Source: Podospora anserina (taxonomy: Eukaryota). From it: DNA of 64,000 nt. A program made the translations under genes and the position numbers. The notes beneath the pieces were generated by a model that did no database searches, was not told the DNA's origin, and was given only the letters and a program-made list of their open reading frames with translations. The stretch lies in contig CM030333.1 of the NCBI GenBank assembly GCA_017654855.1, positions 496,001 through 560,000 of the forward strand, read 5' to 3'. Positions 47,601 through 60,913 of the stretch are shown one piece after another; position 1 is the first letter of the stretch; the number at the start of each line of letters is the position of its first letter.

Positions 47601-49237
47601 GAACTTTGGATGCTCTCCGCAAACGTGCCTCGGCCAAGGAGCGCGTCAGCCCTCAAGAAGCCATCAGAATTGCAGTTCTCAATATCTACGAACGGGGAGA
47701 GATTGTGGACTATAAGGACATCTACTTTTGCGGCACACAAAACGCGGCAAAGGTTGTGGGTGATGTTCAGTCGGAGAGTCCCAATTTCGGCTACGACGAT
47801 GAGCGCGGTGACTACAGCATCGTACCCGGTGACCATCTTGCGTATCGCTATGAAATCATAGACGTGCTCGGAAAAGGAAGTTTCGGTCAGGTGGTACGGT
47901 GTATCGACCATAAGACTGGCGTTCTCGTGGCCGTCAAAATCATCCGCAACAAGAAAAGGTTCCATCAGCAAGCCCTGGTTGAGGTCAATATTTTACAGAA
48001 ACTCCGCGAATGGGTGAGTGCCTTTCCTGGGGATACGTGCCTGGCGCCCGAGCTCTAACATGACTTGCAGGATCCCAAAAACAAACACAGCATGGTCAAC
48101 TTTACGCACAGCTTTTACTTCCGAGGACATCTTTGCATCTCCACCGAACTATTGGACATGAACCTCTACGAATTCATCAAATCGAACGCTTTCCGGGGTT
48201 TCTCACTGAAGCTGATCCGCAGATTTACCAAGCAGATGCTGAGCTCGCTCAACCTACTAAAGCAGCACAAGGTTATCCACTGCGACTTGAAGCCCGAAAA
48301 TATTCTCTTGCGCCACCCTCTTCACTCGGAGATCAAGGTTATTGATTTCGGTTCGAGTTGTTTTGAAACGGAAAAGGTGTACACGTACATTCAGTCCCGG
48401 TTCTACCGTTCCCCCGAAGTTATCCTTGGTATGCAGTACGGTCTGCCCATCGACATGTGGTCTCTGGGTTGCATTCTCGCCGAGCTCTATACGGGTGTGC
48501 CAATTTTCCCTGGCGAGAACGAGCAGGAGCAGCTGGCCTGTATTATGGAAGTGTTTGGCCCACCGGAAAAGCATCTCATCGAGAAGTCGACACGTAAGAA
48601 GTTGTTTTTCGACAGCATGGGCAAACCTCGCCTCACCGTCTCCTCAAAGGGCCGTCGCAGACGCCCATCCTCAAAAACACTACAACAAGTGCTCAAGTGC
48701 GACGATGAAGCATTTTTGGACTTTATCGCACGCTGCCTCCGCTGGGATCCCGACCGCCGCATGAAGCCTGAAGAGGCGATTCGCCACGAGTTCATCACTG
48801 GCCAGAAGACATCTGTCCCCATCAGAATGCGCGAAGGGTCCCCCAGCAAGCGTACCAATAGCATCTCGGCCCCCAGACCCCTTCCCGAGCCTCCAGCAGC
48901 CGTGAGGGCCGCTACTATGCGAGCGCGGGAGGCTTCCGGTCCCAACAACGGGTCGGTCGGTACGAAAACCGGAAGCATGCCAACAGCCACGGCCCGTAGG
49001 ACCTCCAACATGAGCACCGCATCTAGCATGAATGGCAGTATCTCCAGTGTGAAGCGTACGAGTAACGGAACCACAACGACTTATACCAACGGCAATGGCA
49101 CCATCGGCCCCAGCAGTTTACCTAGAGCATCTCTGCGCAGCGTGAGTGGTGGGGTTGGGCCTGTGGGCCTGTCCAACAACTCCAAAACAGACCTTGCCGC
49201 AGCAGGTGCAAACGCAGCCATGAGTCGCCGCGCATAG
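44690..49237 (+). CDS. pom1: DYRK-family dual-specificity kinase, class 2 / Pom1-like, with a long S/P/R-rich disordered N-terminus, about 1445 aa, 3 exons
   Basis: Proposed exons 44690-44748, 44902-48013 and 48071-49237. Introns 44749-44901 (GTTGTG..GCTAAC..TAG; frame fits but less certain) and 48014-48070 (GTGAGT..CTAAC..CAG). Motifs: DH box YDDERGDY, GKGSFGQV, VAVKIIRN, HCDLKPEN, DFGSSC and the activation loop VYTYIQSRFYRSPE. Orthology to Pom1 is inferred from architecture. Confidence 0.88.
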
Positions 49238-49729
49238 GAGGGACGGGCCTAGGAGGAGCGGACCGCACGAAGATCGAGGGTACAGCAGCGCTCTCGCAAG
49301 ACTCAGTAACGATGTCAAATACGCAACCTTGGAAACAGGCCAAGCACTTTATTCCTTTCGTATGGCGGTATCGGTTATCAAAAATATGGGTAGACTACTG
49401 GTCTTGGAGACGACTTGGGGTAAGGTTGGGATGGTAACGACGGACGGGATTCAAAAGTTGTGGTGTTCAGACATGATGGTAGTTGCAAGTGTTTTTTGGC
49501 CTCTCTGGACACTTTTCCCAGCGGCATGATTATGCGGGAGGGGCCGCAGAAAAAGTGATGATACCAAATGTTTATCCTTTTATTTATTCTGTCTCTCTTT
49601 TGTTCATTTTGCATGGCATTGCGCGCGCGGTTGTGGGTTGGTGTTGCGCAGACTACTTACTACATTTTTTTTTGGTTGGGTTGGGGAAGGGTTTGTGATG
49701 AATGAAATGGCGATTAATTGATAAGGTGG

Positions 49730-49739
49730 GCGCGCGCGC

Positions 49740-49794
<55 letters not shown>
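49730..49794. repeat. Compound microsatellite (CG)6(TG)26
   Basis: Read directly, about 500 bp downstream of the kinase stop. Confidence 0.95.
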
Positions 49795-49795
<1 letters not shown>

Positions 49796-52168
49796 ATGGA
49801 TGATGGATAGGGAAGATGAGAGAGCTTAGAAGAAGAGAGTGCATGGAGAGAAGAAAAAGTCAGAGATACAAAAACCTGTCTTGGGGTCACTAAAACCAAC
49901 GAGTTCCGTTCCTTGATATTATCAGTGCTGAGATGGGGAGAGAATGGGGGTTTGAAGAGAGGTTACATTACATTATGATACATATGGCATGGCGTGGATG
50001 GATGGCAAGGCGTTGTTAAGCTAGGCTAGGGTGGGTTATCGAAGTACAATATACATTGTCGATGGGGGGATTCGTGATCCGTTGCTTTGTGCGTGGTTGT
50101 GGGTAGTGTGGTGTAAACATACTTGCCCTTTTTATTTCAAGCATACGCAGTCTCGTCGTACCATGTTGGACAACAACATTTTGGGGTACAGTCTATGTCT
50201 TTTGCGAGGCAACACGCACGACGTCAAAGATGTCAACTGTTGGATTCCATCCTACTATTAATCACCCGACTCACTGTCTTACAACGTTACAGAAAACACA
50301 CTTGGTCACGATGATGATGCTTCGACCACTTTACTTCTCCCCCTCGATCCCCATACCCACCCAGCCTGTTGGAAACGTATCACCTTTTGAGGGCAACAAA
50401 ATCACCCAGGGCGCAAAAGGCTTAATCAAGTAAGCAAGTAACGGCTGATTCGCAGGATTTTGAATCTGAAGAAGAGAAAGTCGCTTGCCCCTTGCTGCTT
50501 GTAACAGACATAACCTCCTCGGGTTTATGGGCATTGGTGGTAGATAAACCAAAAGTATGGAGAGATATAAAAAAGTTCTGTGACATGGAAGAAAAAACCC
50601 CAAAAAAAAGCAAAGCTCACCGGCCAACCCGCAGGGTGACCAGTTACGAAAGCCGTTTCGGGGTCAAACGGCTTTGCTTCGGAGGGCACTCGAACTGGGG
50701 CTGTCCGAAACCCCATGGGGGGGATATGAGTGGGCGCCAGCCAGCCAGCCCACTTGACCATTTGGCCAGTCGGATAGTGGGCTGCTGTTGGAAGGTAGGT
50801 GTGGGAGGTGGTATATGTACTATGGGAAGGAGCGAGTGGGAAGGAGCGGGTGGGAAGAGCTAATGAGAAGATGCAATGGGAAAGAGCAAGCCGGAGTTAA
50901 GAATCGGGCAGGTGTGGGGAACGATGAGAGAGAAAGGGACGGCGGGATCACGAAAATCCAGGTCAACTTGGAAGATAAGCTCGCCCGTGCTAGTCGGAAT
51001 GGAGATAAATTTTGGTGGACTGGAATCCAGCGCCAGCTCTGGCTGGGGCCGGTGGACTGGACGACCCAGAATAGCGGCAGAATGGGCAACGTAACGCGCG
51101 ATGCTGGCGGTTAGGAGACTTAAGAGGCTGCCTTGCTGTCATCCATTTGGTCAGTTCAGTTGATGAAATGTTGTCGCTCCCCTATCTTGGACCGCATTCT
51201 TGTCCTTTGCTATGCCGAACATTTGGGCTGGCACTTCTTCGTCTCATTGTGTGTTCTTGGAACCAGACATCCCCCTTGAGGTTGATAATGAGTTGGTTGA
51301 TGACACCGCCAAAGTGAAACCCAACAGCAGTGGAACTGAGAAAGCTGTGAACCAAAACCATGTGTTGCCCTTGATCATGCGCTATTGTTGAGGCAGCCCA
51401 CAATATTTAGGAAGCTGATCTTAACCAAAATCCCGAGTCCCCTTTCATTGACTCCTCATCATTGTTGCTCTCGTCCTGACTCGGCCTTCCTTTTTGTTTT
51501 TCATATGGGATCTCTTAAACAGGCTATGAACATTCGGTAAGGAAGTGGATGCGGCGGCTGTTGAGCCAGGGACGGCCAAAGCCGACAAGAAAGCACAGCA
51601 GCTGAATAGAGGTTTTCGTCATGGCCATCAATTTTGCGCCTTAGCCATGCCACAGAAGAAATACAGCATGTAGACCTTCAGCTCTTTTTGAGCGGGTTGC
51701 GGAGGATGTCATGGCCAATGCAGAGAGTGCCTGTCTCATGACTGAAGTATGGAATTGGGAAGGCCGCTTTGTCATGAGAGCGTTGTTGCGAGTTTGGAGC
51801 CGCTCTTCCACACGAGTGCTTCAGCTGATTGGGAGCGCCATGTAAAATATGTCTAGCAAGATGAGATCGTCTTTGGAAGAAAGTAAAAAGGTACATAACG
51901 GTATATCTGTGAAGAGCGTCGGAAGTAATCAACAAATCACCAAATCATGAAAACATGGTACTGTGAACACCAGCGGAGGCGTCCACACCCCAAGTTGTTC
52001 AAATAACAATATACTGTACAGTACAACCAGCAGAAAACTCCCAACCATGCGCCAGAAACACCACTCCATGCCATGCCCACCCAGAAATAGTACATCCAGC
52101 AACAAAAGCTCCCCAACCCAACCCATCCTATCCATGTCCCATCCAACTCCAAACTCCCGAAAAAGTCT

Positions 52169-54468
52169 CTACCAATTCTTAAATAGTGAAGGCCCATACG
52201 GCACGTTGAAATCGCAATGGTACAAATCCACACTCCGCTGCACCGCCAACAGACACGCCTCATCCCACTCGTACCCCGTCCTGAGCGAGTCCTGAAAGAT
52301 CTTCTTCACCCTTGGGTGCAAGATCAGCTTCCCGATGAAGGGCATCACCCCTTCACCAGGCCAGTCAGGATATACCGACACCGAGTTCAGCGCCGGGAAC
52401 TTGTCAAGCCAGTCCAAAAACGGCTGCCCGTTGAACCTTTGGCCGTACTGGAAGGCGAAGCCGGCGTAGTTGAAGAAGTAAAGCCCAAGGTGCTCTATCT
52501 TCTCCGACTCCATCCAAACAAACGCCTCCGCCGGCACAACGATGCTCTCGAGCCCCACGACTGGGCACCAGAGGTGGCGCTGGCGAACCGCCCACCTCTG
52601 CTCGACCGCAAGCTCGAGCACCCGCAAACTTCCTTCGCGCGCGGCCGGCACCGCAAGTAAGCGCCCCAGAAGTCCCACATCGATCGCACAGCGCGACCGG
52701 AACAGCTCCAAGTTCGGCAACTTTGGGAGCTTGCCTTCGTCAAACTCCAAACCCATCTCCTGGGAGTGGAGAGGGTGTCTCGCCTCAGCCCCGTCCATGA
52801 CGGTGAATAGGTAATTGTGGGCAATTACCGGGTTCATCGTCATGATCTCGATCTTTTCCATGCTCTCCGTCATGGGGGGAAAGATGCGAGGCAGGAGAAT
52901 GGTCCCCTGGGTGTGGGCTTCGATGCCCATTGCCGGACCGAACGAAGCGTGCTTGAGCTGTCGCCAGCCCTGGGGAGTGGGTTGACCGGGCGTCCACTCG
53001 AGCTGGAAGCCGTTCAAGCAGAACGCTTCCAGATTCGGCGTGGACGCCACGATCTCTGGCATTCGGAGCACGTGCTCCTCGGTGCTGGTGCCGGCCATGT
53101 CGATGTCGACCCATAGGCTCCGGAGCTTTGGCATCCTCACGGCCTCGATCGCCCGCTCAGGCTTGCTGCCAGTCTGGACGAGGTCTAGAACCTCAAGCGT
53201 GTCCTTTGACAAATCAAGAAGTTGGACCAACAATGAGACTGGGGCCTGGTAGCCATCCAGTGAAAGTTGGGCCAATCCAAGCTTTTGACTAGGACTAGGA
53301 GCTGGGTCCAACTCCTGGATGGTGTCGCAGCGGTGCGGGGCCGCAGTTTTGATGATGAGGCATTGAAGGTTGGGAAGGCCAAAGAGAAGCATGTAAAGAC
53401 GCTTGGCAGAGAGCCCAAAGCCTGATACTTCGTCTATGGTCAAGCTCTTCACTCCCTGGTGCCCCCTCAACCATGTGGCAAAAACACGGTTGCCAGGATT
53501 GCGCGGCTGGGCAAGACGAACTTCTTCCCAGAGCAACGTATCGTGCTTAATGATACGGTTCCATTTTTTGCTGACTCTGAGGGAGCGGATGACGTCGGAG
53601 GTGTCCAGGTGAGAGAAGATCTGACGGAGGAGTTCGAGTGGCAGTTTGGCTGCAGGGTCGCGAAGAGAGTCTTGGAGCTTCAGGCTGTGAGCCATGCGCA
53701 TGAGAATCTGGTCGTATTCGTCATGGGCGTCATTGCGGTACTTTTCGGAGGTATTGTTCAGGCCGGCCTGAACAAGTTTCTTCATGAAAATATATAGGCG
53801 GGCGGTGGTGAGCCCAGCATCCTTCTCGAGGGTTGCGAGTGTTCTCGCAACCTTTGGATTGACTCTCTTGGCTTTCTTTCCCTCTTTTTCGAGCTTAAGG
53901 ATGAGCCGGATGGTCTTTGCGACGCGGCAATAGCCCTTTGACAGTTGTTAGTGATTTTTCCTGCAACTGGTCGACAAAAGAGACTTACAGCAGCAGAGAT
54001 TGGGCGAAGGCGAATTATTCCGAGACCGGTCGTGATGGCAGAAACATAATGACCCTCAGTCTCCAAGGATTCGGTGAGGAGATCTATTGCCTCGAGATGT
54101 TTGGGCGATGAACAAGAAGGCCAAGCAAAACCGCAAGAACAAGGACTGTTCGCAACATCGTAGATTGCGTCGAGATCCTTACTCCGGACGCCATTGACGA
54201 ATTGCTTCAGGTGGCAAGACTTGTCTTTGCCATGCCGGACTTGCTTTGTGTTGCCCTTGTTGCAGCTACAAAAATCAATGGCCTGTTGATTGTTAGAAGG
54301 GAGTCTTGAATGAGATACCGATCGTGTGCGAAGTGAACCTACCGCGAGGATATCACCGATGGCTTCCTTGATCTCTTTCTTGGAGATAGAGGCACGTGCC
54401 TTGTTCAAGAGGTTCTCGATAGTCTGTTCGGACTGAGTCGTGCCGGAGGAACCAAAAGTCTCGGCCAT
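52169..54468 (-). CDS. F-box protein with a Cys-containing TPR-like N-terminus and an LRR-like C-terminus (Pof3/Dia2-like architecture), about 728 aa, 3 exons
   Basis: Exons 54468-54343, 54282-53989 and 53935-52169 (2187 nt). Introns 54342-54283 (GTAGGT..CTAAC..CAG) and 53988-53936 (GTAAGT..CTAAC..AAG). F-box DPAAKLPLELLRQIFSHLDTSDVIRSLRVSKKWNRII. TPR-like AITTGLGIIRLRPISAAGYCRVAK. LRR-like units LPNLQCLII, TLEVLDL, MPKLRSLWV, TPNLEAFCL and LPNLELF. Confidence 0.82.
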
Positions 54469-55106
54469 CGTGAAGACGGACGTCTGTGGAGCTGTGATGT
54501 TGGGAAAGAAAGTAGATTCCGAGAGAGAAAGCAAATTCCGAGAGAAAAAACCAGGCAGTGTATATATGGCCGGTCGAAATGTGGCAGCTGACCTCGACTT
54601 CAGACGAAGGATTTGGTGAGAAGGAACGATAAGACCAAAGAAAAGATTCTTCGCAAGATTTCAAGAAGGCTAGCGGCTGTTAACCCCTATCTCACAAGAG
54701 CACGCCTCTTTCGAACTTGGGCCGCCGTTATTCGAATTGCTGAAGCCTTCCCCAGAGGTTTGGAGGTGAAGAAGATAGATAAAACCGTCTTTTGTGCCCT
54801 GATATTCGTGGTGAGAGGAGGTGACGAAGTCGGAGTTGTGACAGCGAGTTGAGTCTTCTCAGCCCATGACCAATGACAATATCAGTTGTTGTTTACTTGG
54901 TGAGCCAAGGGTCGTGCAAAGTTGTGCAAACAGGTTGTCGATCCTTTCTTCAGGGGCTCAATGCCTAGGCTCACACGTCATATTGTGGCTTTCGTTCGAT
55001 GTTCAACAAGCAGAGTTTTCATTCACAACAATAAAAACAAGGAATCGTTATCGTGGCCACAGGTCGTTCTTTTCTTTGGCAGCGACTTACACTGATAGAT
55101 ACCACT

Positions 55107-55214
55107 TTACGCGCTTGAGACGCGTCTCCGATAGCCGATAGATGATAAGGCTATATCGGGTCTTGTATGTAGTACCCCGATAGATCGATATCATGCCCGA
55201 TACTCTCATATCGG
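55107..55214. promoter_or_regulatory. Cluster of six CCGATA/TATCGG motifs with an adjacent ACGCGT (MCB) element
   Basis: CCGATA at 55128, 55135, 55177 and 55197; TATCGG at 55154 and 55209; TCGATA at 55185; ACGCGT at 55120. About 650-750 bp upstream of the F-box gene ATG. Confidence 0.45.
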
Positions 55215-58200
55215 CCGAGCTCCCTCAACCCTTGCCCACAGACCGTGGAAGCTCATCCTCCTCCTATCATCAACCCTGTCGTTGATCCCTAACTCTACTT
55301 TGACGTCACTCTCAGCCCTACCCCTATCTATCTCCATCTCCATCTCCGACCCGGCTCCGAAAATCACTGCCGAGCAAATCCGGAGCCGTAAGCCGGTTAC
55401 ACACCTCCGTGCCGTCTCCGCCGTGTAACCCTCAACCCACATGGCCATCTCGACTCTTCTTTGACTTCAACATTCCCAAACGGCCGGTGACCTCCGAGTT
55501 CAAAACGGCTTCGCCACAGTATCACAGCTCTCAGCACCGGAACCCAGACTTGATTCCCCACTCATTCAGAATACGAGACTCAATGAATATATCCAACGGC
55601 GTGAAAATACTACTCTACCTTACCCATCTTCTTGTCAACAGTCCAGAAGGGGATAGTCAGCAACTTACACTTGCGTAGCGTACTTCGTCACCACGATTGG
55701 GGGCGTGTTGGTGATAGAAGCTCCCTTCCAACAAATCCAACTCTAACCATCCAACCACAGCACCAAGCCGGAGATGCCTTCGCGGCATTTCCCCCCCCTC
55801 CTCACTTGTAACAGTTCGGAAAGAAAGGATTCATGACCATCTCTGGTGTAACCCATTCCACGTGTCTCCTCCCCCGTGCCGCCCAACTATCTCACGCCAA
55901 TCTCAACGCCACGAAAGCCACATCTCTCTTACCCCTCTCATCCGCAATACCACATTATCACAGTCTCACCGAACACATCCATTCTTTACCTTCTAGAATA
56001 GTTCCAGAAACCTGCATCTCACCGGCACAACAAGAAACTGCAACGGTATTCTCAGCTTACACAAAACCCCCATCCATCCGGTTCCCACGGATCTGGAAAA
56101 CAGCTTAATTCGGGCAATTCTTTACTGCGTGTTTCATCTCACCACCCGCATATCTTGAAACAAACCACACAGCCCGCCCTTCCATGCACCCTTCCACGCG
56201 GCTTCTCTTGCATATGCCTAGACTTTCGATTTACCCCCCGCCACACTACCCAACCCAGTCATGCATGCTCACATTTTTTGACTACTGTAGGAAAATGGCA
56301 CACACACACATTATCAACAACAACAGCAACAATGACGTTAAACTTTCTTGTTGGTTTTGACAGCGCATTAGTCTGCAGTAGCGCATATGGTTGGGTACGT
56401 ACACTGTTCCACGGTAGGAGTTGAAGCACCCTTAAGCGCCAGCCTCACCGTCACACGTATCGATCTTGAAGGATCAGAAACAACCTGGAGCTCCACGCGG
56501 CAACTCGAGACCCATAGAATAACGGCAGTTAGATACACCAAAAAACCTAGCAACGGCGCGGCCGGCACCTACTTGCCCGAATCTCGTCGCCATACCAGGT
56601 AGGTAGACAGGATCCCAATCCTCTTTCCATCTATCTGTTGGCTGCACCACACGGCAATTGAAATCCATCCCCATCAACCTCAAACCCCCATCTGGAACAA
56701 GAATGTGGAATTTGACGAAAGCACGGCACGGCCGCCACCGGTTCTCCAGAAGAAGGATCGTATCCTCTCTCTGTGGCTTGACGCCCGCCCGTCCGGCACA
56801 AGGGTTGACGAAATCACATCAACTTCCGAGTGCCGCCTCTCACTCATCAGAGCAGCAGCAGTTGCAAGTTCGTTTCATGAACAAACTTCTCGTTTCATCA
56901 TCCCCCTCTTCCCACAGTGGGGTCGAGAGAGACAAATCTGAGGTTGAACAAACTTCCATGGCGTTCATCCCAAACAGGTGATGTCATCTTCCCTAGATAC
57001 TGTCATCACCGTCGTGATTCACATGCTGTATGTAATCATCCCACATCACCAATTTGACAAATCTCTCCCTACCTGCACATGACAATACTTCATCTCGGCT
57101 CCCCTTGACAAATCCGAGTTGTCACTATCTCCCCCCCCTTTAATTTTTCCTGACCTCAAAACTTCAGAGTAGTATTCCAAAGCCTCCTCCCTACTACTCA
57201 GCCTAGCCACCAAAAAACCCAGGCCCATCCGGTCCGGTCAACGGGTCGGGCAGGTCTCGTTACCCGAAAGCGAGAGGAGAGCAGCAACCCGGCCGGGATT
57301 GCCATCATCTCCGATACTCATAGTCAAAAGCAAACGATTGTGTCGTAGTGGATCAAGTCATATCGGCGAACAGCGAAAACTGCATGTGTGACTGAAAAAA
57401 TGTGTCTCTGCATAGCCTCTGTACTCGAACTCGGCAGCAATTGTACAATTTCAAATAAACCTTTTTGTAATCGTAATCTGTCATCATTGCATGTCTTGCC
57501 AGCCTGTAGAATTAATGTACTGGGCCTTTCTGTGCTTGGCTTATTCCTTCGGTCAAGTGTCCAGTATTAGCCAACCTGAGTCCAAACTAGAAAAAGACTC
57601 CCTGTACCGGACTTCATCAACCCCGCCATACCGAGCAAACGTCATATGCAGAAAGCCATAGCATTGCAGAGAATACGAAGGAAAAGAGAAATCGCAATAC
57701 GGGAACGCGGCTGCTTCCTCCACGCTTTGTCAGAGGAAGATCATGTGCTGTTTAGCGCAAGTTGTCATCTTTTTTGTAGAGGAGGGTAACACAACCGCAA
57801 TGAGTGGTGTGTGCGTGTAAGTGTGCGAGTGGAACTCGCTCCGTTTTGAAGATGCAAATGTACTGGTACATGAAGAGGGGAGGGGGACCACACCCATCAA
57901 GTCGTTGTGTTCCCAAATCAATCCAAAAAGAAAATCACCTTTCTGGGGGGGAAAAAAAGGGCAGGATTAGGATAAAAAAGCTGATTTGCCCGAGTAAACC
58001 CATGCAAGGGGAAAGAAATCAAGAGGAACACCACTGCGGCCGCGGCTGCGGCTGCGGCGGGTATTCAATGGGTCGCTCAGAAGGGGAAAAAAGAGGGGGG
58101 AAGCTTCATAACGCTGTATGCGGATAGGCTCGCTCGTTTCTCCATTTTCATCCCATCTTTTTGCTGTATGGGATATGCACGTCGCAACTCTCGGGTCGTC

Positions 58201-60913
58201 TCGGCTGTGGGATTGCGGCGCTGAGGGGTGGTCTCGAGAGAGAGGAAAAGCAGTGGCAGCCTGGGCTTGACGCAAGACGCAAGGTACGGTGCACTGCAGC
58301 GCAACCCATCGCCCATCCAGCCGGTAAAAATACTACTAAAAGGCTCCCAGCTAGCAGAAGCTTCTATGCATGACCCGGTTTTCTCACCCTTCGGCACTTT
58401 TGGTGACGTCGGGGGGTACTATATGATATTTCTGTCAGAAAGCTGTCAGACTGCCACCCATCCAATCCGCCCCAAAACGGTTGTGGTTGAGTAGATTATG
58501 CGGGAGGAGTGTGGGTGGTGTGGGGTTGCCCAGCAAATACTCATCGGTAAATAGCATAGAAAGGCTTGGAAACAGCCATCATGCTTTGTGTGATGATGAT
58601 CATAAGTCCTATGATCTTCGAAGAGGTGGTGTGGGTAAGGGTGGTGGGCAGCTGAGAAGGGGTGGCGGGTAGGTTCACCAGGGCCGCCAGAAATGGTCGA
58701 TTAGCGCATGCACACTCGGTCGATCAAAACCAGCCCGTCGGGCCACAATTCAAGGGCTGGAGCGCATTGACGATGTCATGGCAGGACTGGACAGGGGAAA
58801 AACGCCTGCGGGAGAGGCGAGAGATTCACCGTTGCTCGGTGGGCAACCCCGGGGCCGATACTCAGGTTGGATGGGCTAACAGCTCCTCCAAGCCTCCTTC
58901 TCGTTAATGCTGGTCCGACCCTTGACCTTGATCATAACGGAGACAGCAAGAATCGAAACGGTGGTGATGTTGGGAGCTGTCGGTGTTGATGATTGACAAC
59001 CTGCTTACAAACTATGTGAAATAAGCGCCGTCAGATATCTTTTTTGCAAAAAAGCATCATCTGTTGAGATGCAAAATCGAGCCAAGCGTGAGAGAGAGAA
59101 AAGCTTGGTGCCCCTCCGGTTTGGTATTTTTGGACCCCACCACTTGCCTAAAGCGGGAGTTTCCTCGTCCTGAGCCAACGAAAGGGCGCCGCGGGGGGCA
59201 CCCCTCTATTTTTATCGTACCAGGCACCCGGGACGCCTGATTGGCGGCCGACGCTTCGCTTGCACCCTTTTGAGCTTAAAGTGCTGACGGGCAGGGATGG
59301 GAGCAGGGCTTTGTCACCCCCCCCCCCGCCATGAATAACTCTTCAACGTTTTTTCTCTTCGGCTCTTCGAGCATGGAAGAGGGTGTGCACAGCATTTTCT
59401 ATTGTCTCATTGTCCTTGAATCTTCGAGCTCTCATTGAACAGTCTGCTAATAAAAACAGAAAAAGGAATAAGGCCAATCGGCTGCTGCAGGAAACGGTGC
59501 CAACATGGGTGGAGACGAGATCTACCAAAACGTCCGATTGGGGAGGGGGAAGGGTGACAACACATGTCTTGGCTTGCAACTCATTATTAGCAGCAAGCTA
59601 CAGACACTACCGCCCAACTATTGAATCGTCATGTGATGCTTGCTTTTGCTGCCAGTGTGTTGAAGTGAATTCCGCCTTGGGGACCATGATGGTCGTGCCT
59701 CTATGTAAAAGCCGATACAAGGATTCCCGCCATGATGAGCCGTAGCTGGGACCGCCTCATCTTAGATCGAATCGGGTGACATGCCTTCGATTCTGACGGA
59801 ACAGCTAGCGTCGGAAACCTCAATCCTATCCTGACATCACGGCACTTTGGTTCACTGTACGTAGGCAGTTATTGATATTTCCTAATGCTATTCAACAGCT
59901 ATCGTCCAGGATCTGCAACCCCTGGAATCCCGCCAGAGGTGCTAAGCCGGCCTGGCAAGAATAATCTATCTGACTGCGCGAGTAGTAATGAAAGGCTTCC
60001 AGAGTCCCGCAAAATCCCTCCCGTTGTAACAGTTTCCTCCGGTACCATCTTGCCCGCTGCTCCTGAGCAGGAATTAACTAAGAGATAACAAAGAGTATTG
60101 TCATATGCATCAAACATGAAAACATGACTCGGAAGGGGAAACAAAACAGCCGACTTGAATGTAAGGAAACAAGATAAAAACACACAAATAAAAATACAGA
60201 AACATTCGCCAACGCTTTCCGAAATGTGATCAAACCATAAAAACCAAAAGAAGAAGAAAACCCAAGCCAAAATGTTCCGGTTGCCCGGAAGCCCTCTGCC
60301 CAAACGCCTGGTATCGTGACCCATATGCATCCATAACATGACATCTTCCATAGAATGAAGAAAATCGAAAAGAAAATGCTGGTGTCTAAATGATGAGGGG
60401 TGTTGTACAATCGTGTGTTGTTTCGAGTGTCGTAGTACAGTAGAAAAATGCAGACGCTATGCTTCTAGATTGTCGAAACCCAAGTTGCTGTAAAAGCCAA
60501 ATAACTCCTGAGCCAAAATCGAGGCTCTATTGCTCTGCTGAGCCTGTAGCGTTCAAGTCATGGTAAAATGTCTTGGGGAGCCCAGTGTGAGGTGCGGTGT
60601 CCCTTGGTGTTTTCCTTCGTCTTCGATAACAGAACTGCCTGTCCGTTGGTGGTGCATTCGTCCGTAGGGGAAATTGAGCGACATGGGCGAGATGTTGAGT
60701 CTTGTTTGCCGCTTAGAGAAAGGCAGGCGGGGCTGATGTTGACATCAATCGATCGTGGCCCACGAAGAGATAGGAAAGCCGAGAGAATGGTTGGGTTGGT
60801 GCCGGAGCCCGTTCTCGGAATGAGTAGAGATAAGAGACCCAATCTTCATACTCAAAAGGTACCAGTGGTGGTGAATGCGAGGAACGGCAGCCTATTGTCG
60901 AAGACGCAACTTT

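Noticed and set aside
57225..57305. GC-rich imperfect hairpin with CAGG...GAAA...AGCAG, reminiscent of SRP RNA helix 8
   Set aside because: The spacing between the motifs is too long for helix 8 and no other SRP helices are evident. An Infernal search would settle it.
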